A stretch of 64,000 bases of DNA from the human T2T-CHM13v2.0 reference genome, Homo sapiens. Shown in pieces: positions 26,201-39,365 of the stretch. The notes under the pieces are model-generated. The model was not told the DNA's origin and did not search any database. It worked only from the letters and a program-made list of their open reading frames with translations. The translations under genes were made by a program, and so were the position numbers. Positions within the stretch are counted from its first letter, which is position 1. Each line of letters begins with the position of its first letter. The stretch is from the NCBI RefSeq assembly GCF_009914755.1, contig NC_060930.1; one strand, 5' to 3'.

Positions 26201-28643
26201 TTTCTCTCCTTTTATGGCAATTTCAACCTCAAGGTGAAATATTTCTTTAATTATGTGTAAACTTTATTTTTTAAATGAGAAAATTACATTAAAATTACAA
26301 TTTTGTGGGACATTATTAAGCAAGAGGGGAAAAATCTACCTTTATGTGAGGTTGGGTTGTCAGATATTTTTAAATTCAGAAAATTTGCTGAGAATTCTCC
26401 TTCCAAAATGGTAAAAGAAAATGAGTGCAAGAAACGCGCCACTGATAGAAAAGTGGGAAGATACTGAAGCAATGTTGGGAACAGAAATGATCAGGGTGAC
26501 TGAAGCAGAGTCATAGAGCCTTGAAATAGAAGTAAAAATGTAAACCACGGAGACAAACAGGAAGCTTGTGGAAGTGAATGATGGTGAGAAATGTGTTCTA
26601 CAGTAAGATCATGAGGTATGTGGATTCTTATTTTACATTCATTTTAAAAGCATTTTTCCAACTGCTAAGATTTATATTATTGGAAAGATGTTTTGCATCT
26701 TCTAATAGAAATTCATTTTGGAATAGAGTGGCAGCCACAGTGTGGGAACTTCAGAAAAGGGGGTGATGTAAAATCAACAGGAACAGAGTGTTTTTTGAAG
26801 TGTCAGCAGCAAGGTCTGGCTAATGGGAGCAGGCTGTGACACTAGGCAGCATGTACTCCAGAAAGCACTTCTGCTTTCCCGTAGGGCATCCCGCAGACCC
26901 TGGCTGGGCTCAGCACCACCTTCTCATTGATGTCCCTGTGTAGGTGGGTATACGATACGTATGCTGGTCAAGAGGCTGTCCCTAATTCTCACTTCAGTAA
27001 GCTGAAAACTCCCTAATTCTCTTAAAAGCCTGAAAACTTTACGTTTTTCTCAGCAAATAGTTGATATTAGTGAAGGCCTATTTAGAGATTTCTTTGATAT
27101 TATAAAGTGTGCTGATGATCATAGAAAAAAAAATAAGCTGCATTTATTTGTTCCCTAAATTCTTAAATACAATCCTCCCACCGTGCATAATTACAGTCCC
27201 CAAGGTAAAAATCTGACAGTTGTACTTACATAATAGTTACATAATCAGCTACTTAAATAGGTTTTAGCTATTAGCTAAAATAAATAAATCCTAGAGCAGA
27301 TTTTTCTGGGTAGTGAAGTTGTCTTTTTGTAGCTGTTGAGTACTGGAGTTCTTTTTAGATAACCTGATAGTTTAGAAAATTAATACTGAAGCAATTAATT
27401 GAAATTGACTTCAACCTACCAATTCCACGACTGTCGTTTTCTTCTTTAGTTACTTTCCATTAATTGACTACGCTACCCCTCTTTGGCCCTGCTGTACTTG
27501 TACATGGCTATTTATTCATACTGTGTTTTGTCTCTCATTCATGCCACACCAACAGATGCATAAAGTGTCCATCTCTCTATTTTCCTCTGAAAACACGATT
27601 TTGATGCATCTGGCATGGCCTTCTTTTTCCTTGTGCATATTAGTTGAAGGTACGTGTCAGCTGGAGCTAGGGCTCTCACCACTTCCTAACTGCCTTGTGT
27701 TGGCCGAGAGGTGCTCTGGAGCCTTCCCTGGGTCCTAGTGGCTTACTAGGACCTAGTAGTTTCTTCCTTTGGCCTGCATAGAAGCCTAGCTTAGCATAGA
27801 AGCCTTCCTTCGGCCTGCATAGAAGCAAAGCTTTACTCATTTTGGACCATTGAGGCCTCATGTGAATTCTTTGTCCATTTTGGATCAAAAAAGGAAATGA
27901 CAAAGAGAGACAGAAATAGAGGTTAGAGAGACAAGAGTCTACACCAGATGGTGTTCTCACCTTCAAACAGCTGCTCAAAACTGTACAGCTCCATATGTTC
28001 TCTTGGCTTATCAAAAAGTCAGAAGGCTCTGAGACATTAAGAAAGAGATACTTGTGGGCAGCTCATTTCAATAGCTCGTAGCACAAACCTGTAATTACCA
28101 CAGGACAGGTGTGTGCAGATCTTCATGATGCTTTGAAGAATCTCAAGTTCATTTGAGAACATTGTCATAATGACCCATATAAATAAACAGCCAAAGATTA
28201 ATTTAGCTGCCAGGTAAGCAGTGACCAAATTGAGTTTTCAGTAACAAACCCAGTCATCATTTCTCCTGGGTAAGCACTGGAACCAACATACTTATGATTT
28301 TATTATGAATTATTTGTGTATGTAATTAATAATAATGTATTTCTGCTCTCTTTGCTTTTATATAGGAACTACTCAACTTTAACACAATTCTAAGTTAATA
28401 TTTATTCTTGTTATATCATTATTTGGAAAATGTGCTTAGATTAATAAGTGTAAAAATAATCATAAAATAATACATCTCAATGTTCTGGAGTAAAATTGTT
28501 ATTAAGTGTATGAAATAAAAAACAAGTTATGTCTTCTCTTCATCGTGTCCTTTCTATTCCCAAGGTAATAATCACCTAATAGTTGGGTATCTGAATTTCT
28601 ATATGATCATTCTCAATCTCACTCTCAATCATCTCCCCTTTTG

Positions 28644-28845
28644 TCCATCCATCCAGCCCCCCGTTCATCTGTCCATCCATAGATTCACCAGTTCCCCCAT
28701 CCTCCCATGCCCGCATCCAGGCATCCACAGATTCACCCATCCCTCCATCCCCCGGTGCCCCATCCACCCACCCATCCACCCATTCCCTCATCCATCCATC
28801 CATCCTCCTTCCGTTGATCCATCTACCCACCCATCCATCCACCCT
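28644..28845. repeat. Degenerate (CCAT)n / (ATCC)n low-complexity repeat
   Basis: Repeated ccatccatcc/ccacccatcc units; source of ORFs 28576-28854 and 28603-28926. Confidence 0.85.
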
Positions 28846-30249
28846 CTTATACAAGTGCAGCCTTTATCTCATAATGAAACTTGCTTTTTAAATGTAGTTT
28901 TGAAGATAAATAATACATATTTGTAGAAGTCACCTGTAATTGTTTATTGACCTACAATTCATGGAAATGATGTCCTAGTGCTTTATTTCTTAGCATGTAG
29001 TTATTTAGTTGGGACTTTTTATTTTTGCTGAAGCATGGCAATTTGTGAGCAATTTAAGTCTCTGCCTTGTGGTAGGGGTTGGACCCTTCTATGGGTGTGA
29101 CTCTTCTTTTTTATTGACTTCACTGAGGATAGAACTTAGGGGAAAATTATGAGAGGAATTACCACAAGTGTAGAATCGGAATTTTAAATCTGAAAAGGCT
29201 TGGAGATTGTTCAGAATTTGATGTAAACATTTTTCTGGCAGTGAATGAACTGTTAAAACTGTGATTTGCCGGTGGAGGTAAACAAAAACCAAAGACTTTC
29301 TCTTTGCTTGTCCTAATTTCAGATCCTAGTTCGCTTGGTGCCTGTGTCTTCATCTTCGTATCTATTCTGTCTTCCCATCTGATAAAACTTGAGGTTGGTT
29401 TATTCTGTTTCCAGATGCTCTTTTTATTCTGCTACCCAGAACCCTCTTGGTTGAAAAAGTAATTTTAAGCCATTCTTTTTTTTTTTTTTTAATAATCATC
29501 CAGAGTCTCCTGAGCTAATTTAGTTCCTTCGGCAGCTTTGACTGCCCTTTTAAACATCCAGCATACCTGAATGGGTTCTGTGCCTCTATAGATGTTGCTG
29601 ACACATATCACTCGTATTTATTTTTGCCTGGTACTCTCATTTGTATGTAAGTGTGTTCCTAATGTTGAGTTTCCTTGCAAGTCCTGAACTGTGTTTTCTA
29701 CTTTCTTCTTCCACTTCCTTTGTACTATTCATGGTTTTTACGCACGCACTATATTAATGCGATGATCTGAGCATAAAGTACGATTTTTCTAAAGCTCATA
29801 TGAATCTGTGGAGTTGTGTCCAAGCAGTGAATCTGGTTATAGGAGGCCACATTTACAGCATTTCTGCTTAACAGCCTGTCCAGCAGGCAGCTCCGTGCTG
29901 TCTAGTAAGTCCTCATTCTGATTTGTATGGTGTAGATCCATCTGTGCAGAATAAAATTTCATCCCTTCTTTCCCTCTCCCACCTCTTCTATCAGATTTTA
30001 GACCTCATAAAACCTCTCTTCACTGCTATAAGAGAAGAGGGAAGAATTCAACCCCAGGGCTTTGCTCCAAGCTTTGAGGATATTCACATGGTGATAGCTT
30101 TTAAAAGATAGAGAATTTCAGAACAAGGCATAAGCCGGAAGTTGTGACTCTGCATGCAGAATTAGCAGTCAGAATTTAGAGGTACATAAGTATCTGTAAT
30201 TGCCAGGAAACTAGATGAGTAAAAATCTTCCCTATGGATTGCGCCTTTT

Positions 30250-31390
30250 TTTCTTACTTCATAGCTCTGTCAGTTTTTACTTTGTGTATTTTGAGGTCAT
30301 GCCACTTATGCATACAAGTTCATAATTATTACATCTTGGTGGACTTCTCTTTGCTTATTGGATAGTGTCCCTTTTTTTTTTTTTACCAGTCTTAATGATT
30401 ATTTTTAATTAAACTTTTTTATATCAACATTGCTGTATCAGCTTTCTTTTGGCTAGTATTACTTTGATATTCTTTCTAACCCCATGTTCTCACTTAAAAA
30501 AATTGTTTTGCGTGATTTTGTTTTAAGGGTGTCTCTTCTATGCAGAATATGTTTTACTTCTGATTTTTTTCTTTTCTTTTCTTCTTTTTTTTTTTTTTGA
30601 GATATTGCTTCACTCTGTCACTCAGGCTGGAGCACAGTGGTACAATCAGAGCTCACTGCAGCCTCAATTTCCCAGCTCAAGCGATCCTCCCATCTCAGCC
30701 CCCCAGAGTAGCTGGGACTATCGGTGTGTGCCACCATGCCTAGCTAATTTTTTTGTATTTTTAGTAGAGACAGAGTTTTGTAGCCCAGCTGGTCTTGAAC
30801 TCCTGGGCTCAAGCAATCCACCCACCTCAGCCTTCCAAAGTGTTAGGATTACAGGTGTGAGCCACCATGCCCAGCCTACTTCATAATTTTAAAAATAGCT
30901 CTGATAATTTCTGTATTTGAATAGGGAGTTTGTTATTTACATTTATTGTATTTGTGTGTTTGTATGTATTCATATTCTATTGAGTTTTCGATGACCATTC
31001 CTTTTTTTTTTTTTTGCTCCTTTTTTTCCCAACTTCTTGCTTTCTATTGGATTGTTAGGGATTTCTGTTTTTCACTTTATTTCTCTCTGCTTATTTGAAA
31101 GCTATACAGCATGGTTTTCTTTCTTTAGGGATCACTCTTCCACTTTACTTTTTAAAGATGGATAAATTTTATACATTTAAAAAATTTAATCTGTATTTAT
31201 ATCTTCTTCCTGAGTGGACCTTAGCATGTTATAAATGCTCACTGAATAATTCTCATTGTTAATTAGAGTTTGGTTTTATTTTTTTAAATGCAATGTACTT
31301 ACTTATTTTAGAGTAAACAGTTAATTAAATCTATATTTTACTTGTTTTTTTTTTCTCTTTTATCCTGTTGCATTCTCATGGATTCATTTT
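30250..31390 (-). mobile_element. Old L1ME-like fragments (interrupted by Alu)
   Basis: cagctttcttttggctagtatt; tgataatttctgtatttgaatagggagtttg...atttacatttattgta. Confidence 0.6.
30565..30876 (-). mobile_element. AluJ
   Basis: Poly-T tail, gctcactgcagcctc, ctcaagcgatcctccc, gaactcctgggctcaagcaatcc. Confidence 0.92.
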
Positions 31391-31391
31391 T

Positions 31392-31743
31392 CTTTTTTTG
31401 TTATTATAAATTCAGGGGGTACATGTGAAGGTTTATTATATAGACATATTGTGTAATGATGAGGTCTGGGCTTCCAGCATACCCATCACCCAAACAGTGA
31501 ACATTGAACCTAATAGGCAATTTTTCAATCTTTACCCTCCTTTAACCCTCCCCTCTTTTTGGATTTCCCATGTCTATTAATTTCATCTTTATGTTCATGT
31601 GTACCCATTGTTTAGGTCCCACGTAAAAGTAAAAACATGCCGTATTTGATTTTCGGGGTTATTTCACTTAGGATAATGACCTCCAGCTCCATCTGTGTTG
31701 CTGCAGGAGACATGATTTCACTCTCTTTTATGGCCTCCTAGTA
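31392..31743 (-). mobile_element. L1PB-type (L1PB4-like) 3' end
   Basis: cagggggtacatgtg...gtaatgatgaggtctgggctt...cacttaggataatgacctccagctccatc; flanked by similar tc(a/c)tg(g/a)a(t/c)tcatttttct (degraded TSD). Confidence 0.85.
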
Positions 31744-31749
31744 TCCTGA

Positions 31750-32330
31750 ACTCATTTTTCTACATACTGAGGTGTATCCTCAAGTAATTGATTCAACAAT
31801 GGTCTAAGGGTGGGTGGCTTTCTTTTAATTTTAGTTTTGAATAATACTTTAGCTGGACATAACAGTCTAGATTACAAATTGTTTTCTTCTCGGCACTTCA
31901 AAGATGTTATCCTATTGTCTTCCGCCTAGGACACAATAAACAAAAATATTTTTGAATGAATGACACGTTGTTGCTAATAAGAATCTGCTGTCAGTCTGTC
32001 GGTTGGTCCTTTGTTAGTAATCTGTTTTGTCTCCCTAGTAGCTTTTGCTACTTACTTAACTTTGTTTATAGTCTATTATGTTGTATCTAGGTATTGATTC
32101 AGCTTTATTTGTCCTGAATCCTATGTAGGACAAATAAATTCTTGATGTCAAGAATTCTAACTTTATTAAAATTCTCAACTTTTATATCTCCAAATAGGGT
32201 TGCCTTGTCTTTATGTGCAGTCCCCTTTTCTGCAATTTTTATTAGATAGATGATGGAGCCTCTCAGTTGTTCTGTGCTGTCTGCTCATTTCAGCAGCTTT
32301 AAATTTCCTTTCTCATGTTTTAAATTTATA
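31750..32330 (-). mobile_element. Old L1M/HAL1-like fragment
   Basis: ttttgaataatactttagctggacataacagtctag...ggcacttcaaagatgttatcctattgtcttc...aatctgctgtcagtct. Confidence 0.6.
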
Positions 32331-33935
32331 ATGCTTATATCTCATGTTCTTTTTACATTTCTGCCAGTTGTTGTTTGCAGAAGTTTTACTTTTGAGGGAG
32401 GAAGACAAAGAACTTTCCCCCTTACTACCTATTTGAAAATCCTAAACAAACTTCCATAAAAATAATTTCATGTGGAGAAAAATTCATGTTTAAATTGGTC
32501 GATCTTGTTCACTGTATTTCTTGGGATTAGAATGTATTTCTGTGTGTTTTGGAATTTTGGTGTGCTGGCTTGTATTTGAGTTGGAAGATTCCAGCAAAAG
32601 TCTTTTCTTTCCCCCACAGCATCTTTTCACATTAGATGAAATTGGGTATGAGATGGGAAAATGAGCACCACACGAGTTCAGTTTCATGGAGTCATCCTAG
32701 GTGTGTCCTCTCTACTGTTTGAGCTCCCTTAGGCTCATGGTCTCAGGAGCCAGATTCTTGCCTGCTCTGGACGTAGAGGCCCGAGGGCCCATGGTCTCTC
32801 CTCTCTTACCACTTTCCCATTTCCTGCCTAAAGATGTTTGCCATATTTAAAAGATATCAGTTACAGCCCTATGACTTTGTATATTTTCAGATTGTGTTTA
32901 TCATTGCTATGGATTTTGAGCCAGAGGGCTTATGTCAGTGATCAAATGTGTCATCTTGTTTGGAAGCAATTTGACTGGAAGTTGAGGCTAGACTTGGGGA
33001 ATAACTGCTGAGAAAAAATTTAAAAGGGTAAGCATTGATTATTGATCAAGTGACTATATCATTTAATATTCACACTCAGATACCTTTGAGAGTGACAGAA
33101 GACATTATTAGTAGTGATATAGGATTATAAGTGTAAGGCAGAGCTATTATAGGAATGTAGAATTGTGTAGTCGTTGTGCTATAAAAGGACTATCCTCTTT
33201 AAATTTTTAGAAAGGAATATTTATGATTCAATATCACAGTTATTTTTATTGATGTCTGTATGCTACCTAGAGTTACAAGACAGCTTTTTCTATAAGAAAC
33301 ACATGATTATTGTATAAATATAAAGGCCAAGAGTCTTTGAAAACATGGAGTATGGAGCTGAGAAAGAAATGTGTGTATGAGTAAATCTGAAACTGATGTT
33401 AGTCATGAAGTTTTTCAGCAATATGTACCATTCCCTCTTTAAAATATTTATAGTATTACATCTCATAGTAGCTGGGCCTAATTTTCCAAAAAACAGCCAG
33501 AGGAAGAATGTCAGCAGTAGGAGTTAATTTTGAGGTAAAGTTGATGGGCACATTGTATCATAAGACTATGTCTTAACTACTATAACCTACTATAATTCCT
33601 AATGAATCTTGTAAATAAGCATATATGAGAAATTTATAGTGTTTATGTCTTGCAAATACAGAATGAACCAATATATAGAATTTGAATTACCTCTAGTAAA
33701 AGTAAAGGTTCATGTTATGCAAACACATTTCAGACTTTCTATGAGTTGCAAAACTTACATGTGTACCACACCTGCCTACATGTTTTGTCACTGGTGAGAT
33801 GTGACAAAATGATCTCTACTTACCCTATCTTTGAAAGCCCATGATTTTAGTGATTGTTTCTAAATATAAATATTATCAGCTTCTCAAGACAAAATTCATT
33901 TTATTCTCTATATCTATGTCTATATCAGTATAAAA

Positions 33936-33938
<3 letters not shown>

Positions 33939-33969
<31 letters not shown>

Positions 33970-33981
33970 TGTGTGTGTGTG
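33939..33981. repeat. (GT)n microsatellite
   Basis: ~20 GT units with one interruption. Confidence 0.95.
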
Positions 33982-35775
33982 AGGATCAAAAACTCATGAT
34001 GAATAACAGGCTTTAAATTTTTTTATTCATTAGCATATTTCCCCAAGCCAACATAATTCTTGTTTTTCTCTTTTTAGAATAAGCTCTTGCCATCATGTTG
34101 GTCAGATAGAAGAAGAGCCATCTCATCTTTTGTTTGTTAGAGGGTTTCAATTATTTAATAAGAGCAAGTAATTAAGACATTAAGAATTAAAGTGGCTCCA
34201 AGAAGAGCTCTGAGACTCAGAACTGCAGAGTGTTGCCTAGGTTTCTAAGTTTGGATTTCAACAGAACTGTGAAAAGTTTCTGCTGCTGCTTCCTTCAAAA
34301 ATTTTTAATAAGATGTAGTATTTTGACATATTAATCTGAATTGAGACTGAAAAATTGCGTAAACTTTGGTTAATCAGATCGATTGTCAAATCCAGCTATA
34401 TTGCTGTTTCATTTTCTACTAAAATTTGAATTATTCATATCACCAAATAGCTCAGCAAAAAATGTTTAGTTTTTGCATATATGTAATAAAAATAGTTGAT
34501 AATGAGGTTCTAGGGGAAGCAAGGATTTTGGGTGTGTGTACATATGTGTGAGAGAATGAGAGAAGGAATAGGAATGTATCAGGATAGAATGCTTCTAAAA
34601 CCTCATTTTCCAGTAACAGGTTTGATATACTACTGTGGTCAAAAATAATAAAGAAACTATAATAGCTATTTCTGTATTGTTATAAATGCTGAAGAGTCCT
34701 GCTCTCAGATTACAAGATACGCCTCAAGGAAGAAGTAGTACAAACACAAGGTTCTTAATATAGGTCCATAAGAAGTGGCATGATGTAATATCTGGATATC
34801 TGGGTGGTCACTCTTATTTCTCACACAATAAGAATGAACTTTTTGGGATTAAAACTCACTCTCCATTAAATTTTTAGAATTTCCATCTCCATGTGAAGAA
34901 GTTTGAGTATTATTGATTTCTTCTTCTTTGGAAAATCAGCCCTTCAGCTTTTCAAAGACAACTTGAAAATTGGACACCAATTCATATATAATGCATATAT
35001 ATTCTCCACTGCTGTCCAAACAGTCATTTTGTAGCTTCATAGTAGAAAATATAGTTAAAATTCTTAAATGAGGGAAAGCACATGAATTATTATATAGTGC
35101 ATCTCTTTATATGACCAAAAATTATGCTGTATTCTAGCAATCTGGTTATATTTTTGAATAGTATCCATAATTACAATATTTATTTACAATTCCATTTAAG
35201 CTCCTGTAATTTTGACGGAAATGGAAGAAATTTAGAATCTTGGAAGATCTTAAACTTCTGGTTTTGTTGGTTGTTTGTTTTCTGGGGTTACTTTTGGCCA
35301 GGAGGCAGAGAGAAGTGTTATATAGTACTTGATTCAGCAACATTCTATTTTCAAGTATTTATTATTTTAAAAGTTTTTTTATGTATTATGTACAATATAT
35401 AACTGCAATTCCTATTTTGGTTTTATGAATTATTTTTTCTATTTTTATAAAGTAAATCTATAAAGTTATTCTATTATGTGTCTGAAATATTGAGAAAGAG
35501 GATCCTTGTAAAAGTGGAAAGATAGGAGACCAATACCAGGTTGTTTCTCTGATCCAGGCTGGTTCTCAGCATAGCCCAGGACCCTCAGTAAATGCCTGTT
35601 GAGTGGAAGGTTGCATGAACTTCATCGAGTATGGATTCTTAAAAATAATAATAAATTAAAAGAAAGCTTTTCATTGGGAAATTGGTATTTCAAAAAATCA
35701 GATTAATAAATCCAGTCTTTTCTTTCAAGTTTTGTTAGTTTTTCTTGAAAATTTATGGAGTATATTTCAGAAGCT

Positions 35776-36055
35776 ATTTTTTTTTTTTTTTTTTTTTTTG
35801 AGACAGAGTCTCGCCCTGTCCCCCAGACTGGAGTGCAGTGGCACAATCTCGGTTCACTGCAAGCTCCACCTCCTGGGTTCACACCATTTTCCTGTCTCAG
35901 CTTCCTGAGTAGCTGGGACTACAGTCGCCCACCACCACGCCTGGCTAATTTTGTGTATTTTTAGTAAAGATGGGGTTTCACCGTGTTAGCCAGGATGGTC
36001 TCAATCTCCTGACCTTGTGATCCGCCCGCTTTTACTTGAGCCACTGTGCCCAGCC
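35776..36055 (-). mobile_element. AluY with internal deletion in the left monomer
   Basis: gcaagctcc, ttcacaccatt, gttagccaggatggtctc; ~30 nt (cctcccaaagtgctgggattacagg) missing; TSD-like tca(g/a)aa(g/a)ctatttt. Confidence 0.92.
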
Positions 36056-36570
36056 TCAAAAACTATTTTGATAAAGGTGGTGTAATCTTCTAAAGCCAGC
36101 TGGCACATTTATAGGATGCCAGGCTAGCCCATCAGATGAAGTGTCCATTGTGGCAGCCACAGATCCACATCAGATGGGAAGAGTGTGATCAGTGCTGCAT
36201 GCATGTTTAATCAGGTAACAATGGGAGCTGTACAGGAAGAGGATTATTATTCCAAGAAGAAAGGACCTATATCATCTTGTGGAAGGTAAACGTATCCATA
36301 GGGAGGGAAAAATAATATATACATAGGGAGAGAGAACTGAAATATCATCTTATTGGTGTAAACCATTTTGTTAGTATCAGCATTATTATTGTTGATATTC
36401 ACATCTGTATGATCCATCTGATCAGGATGGGTTAGCTGTCAAGTCATCAAGATTGACTTTATGACATTTTTATTATCTGTCCTTTCAAACCTTATGGTTC
36501 TAAATTTTCACTGTTTGCATGCACTTTCATGTATAAATCTGCATCTGGAAAGACTGATATTTCTCTAAGG

Positions 36571-36775
36571 CAGGGGTCAGCAGATGTTTTTTGTAAGGGG
36601 CAAGGTAGTATATGTTTTGGACCATAGAGCCATGGCTGCAGTTACCCAGCTCTACTGTTGCAATGAAAAAGCAGCCATCCACGAGATGCAAATGAAAGGT
36701 GTAGCTGTTAGCTTTCTGTTGGCTCAGCTGCACAAATAGGAGCATGAAACAGGCTGTAGTTTGCCAGCCACTCCT
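36571..36775 (+). mobile_element. MER58A-like hAT MITE
   Basis: caggggtcagcaga...ctctactgttgcaatgaaaaagcagccat...ggctgtagtttgcc. Confidence 0.75.
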
Positions 36776-37154
36776 TGCCACATCCTCCTCTGTCATTAGC
36801 TACCCGTCTTGGGGTTCGTTCTGCTGTATGCTGTATCTACAGGTTCCTGTTTGTTCCTGTTTGGTGGTCTGCCTCTTTGCTTCTTATGCCTCACTGACCT
36901 TCTTGTAGGAGAAGCTTGTGGGGACTTCCATACATCTTTCAAGTTCAGATTTGGGAAGATGTGTGTCACCTCTGCCCTTCTTTCCTGTTCCTCACATATG
37001 GAGGCAGTGATGCCTTTCACCCTTCTGGCCAGAGCAGCCTGGTTCCAGAGCCAGCCTTGACCAGAGCTTGACCCATGCTGGGGGAACTTAGCTCTGGAAG
37101 CTGGCAGGGTGTGGGATGAGTGACTGGTGCCAGGTAGGTCTGGGGAGATAGATA

Positions 37155-37371
37155 GATAGTTTGATAATCCCAAATCCCAAAACTGAAATGCTCCAAAATC
37201 TGAAACTCTTTGAGCATCAATATGACTGTCAAAATAAATGCTCTTTGGAGCATTTCAGATTTTGGATTTGGGATGCTCAACTGGTATAATGCAAATATTC
37301 CAAAATCTGAAAAAAATTGGAAATCTGAAACACTTCTGGTCCCAAGCCTTTTGGATAAGGGACAACCTGTA
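37155..37371 (+). mobile_element. Tigger4 (Zombi/MER46) DNA transposon fragment
   Basis: gaaatgctccaaaatctgaaact...ggagcatttcagattttggattt...gaaacacttctggtcccaagc...ggataagggacaacctg-TA. Confidence 0.88.
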
Positions 37372-37997
37372 TATACAGAAAGAGAACTGAAATAATGTGT
37401 CTTTTTGGTGTGTGTTATTGGTGTGGACCAATTTATTAGTTATCAGCGTTATTATTGTTGACACCCACATCTGGGCAAGGCTGTGTAACTGGCAAACTGG
37501 ACCCTCCACCCTCTCGGGTTCACAGGCCTTTCTTCCTCTGCAGGGAGTGGGACCTTGCCGGCTTGCCTGGACACAGGGACCGATTGTTCCCCAGAGTCCT
37601 GGATTCCCTTCCTCATCCCTTCACCGTGACTGAAGTGCTGCTCTTAATGGGCAGATTGCCATCATCTGACTCTGTTCTTTAAGTACCGGTGACGTCGTCA
37701 TCTTCCATGTGCTGCCCAATTACATGATTCCATCTCTTGGCCGTTACTAGGCTCTCAGAACTGGCCTGACCCAAACCTCTTTGCACTTTCTTGCCACCTT
37801 CCATCCCTCCTGCCCCTGTGCCTTGACCTCTCGCTGACCCTTGTTCCTGAGGGCTCTTGCCTTCACTGTCAGACCAGCATGAGTTTTGCCAAAATACAGA
37901 TTCTTTTCAGTGGAGTGGTATATAATTTGATTTTTTTGTTTAAACTCCTACATTTTATAGTCATTGGTAGTTAAATTACAAATAAATCTTACACTAA

Positions 37998-38302
<305 letters not shown>

Positions 38303-38924
38303 TTTAAAATATTTTTTTAAGGAACCTTATCATCAGTGCTCAAAGATAGTCAAAATAAATTAAAGCCATATAAAAGGACCAGTAGGGCCTCAAATTGGTC
38401 ATGGAACATAGGGAGCAATTTGAAATTAACAAAATAAAACTAATGCTAACTGGATTGTTTTTCCCCGAGTAACAAAGACATATTAGGAGGATTTCTGCTC
38501 CTAAATTGTCTTTTACCATCCTAGAGTCAAAATGCTTGATCCAATTCAGTAAATGGAATTGTACAAGGGATTAGTGATGCTTTACCTTTTATATCAGAAA
38601 AATTCTCAGAAGTACACGTAAGTGGAATTTATTCTTTTATTATAAAATCAGTCTATAGAGACTCCTTCCTATGTTTACGGATGAGAGAGAGGAAATGATA
38701 GATGCTTAAAAGATTAGGTAGGAAGCCACTGTGATTGTCCAGATGATAGCCTGGGCAGGATAGTATAAGCGAAATGGAAAAAATTCTTAGAGACTATAGA
38801 GTCGTCAGTGTCACTTTCATATGGGCCAAGTTGATAAACTTTTAATAAAGCTCAGGATTATTTACATAACCAGTGTAATTCTCTGGGATAAAGGTCTGAA
38901 TAAGTTAGAGTCTTTGGGAAAGCA

Positions 38925-39365
38925 ATCTTAGAGCAGAGGCTAAGAGCAGTACCAAGAAGTCAGACTACCTGATGTTAAAGCCTAGTTCTATACCTAAGTA
39001 TGGGAAGATTATTTAACCTTTCTGTGCTTAGTTTTCTCATCTTTAAAATAGTTCAGTGAAGAATCAACAATATCATGCAGTTGATTATGTGAGGATTAAA
39101 TGAAACAATACAAATAAGACACTTAGAACACTTAAAATATGTTATCACTATTATTATTGTTATTATTTGGAGTCACATACACATGGTTTTAAATCACTCC
39201 TCCACCATTTGCTAGCTGTGTGGCTGTCAGAAAATTAAATAAACTCTCTAAGTACCCTTCTCTTTATTGTGGGGGTTGATTGCATAGGATGGCTTTAGGG
39301 ATTTGTTCAGATCAATGTAAGTAATCTTCTAACACGTAGACTATGCTCAATAAATGGCAGCACTA
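38925..39365 (+). mobile_element. Two adjacent MIR SINEs
   Basis: ttatttaacctttctgtgcttagttttctcatct...gtgaggattaaatga; second copy ends ctcaataaatggcagc. Confidence 0.75.

Noticed and set aside
28576-28926. Overlapping W/G/D-rich and P/I/H-rich ORFs
   Set aside because: Translations of the (CCAT)n low-complexity repeat.
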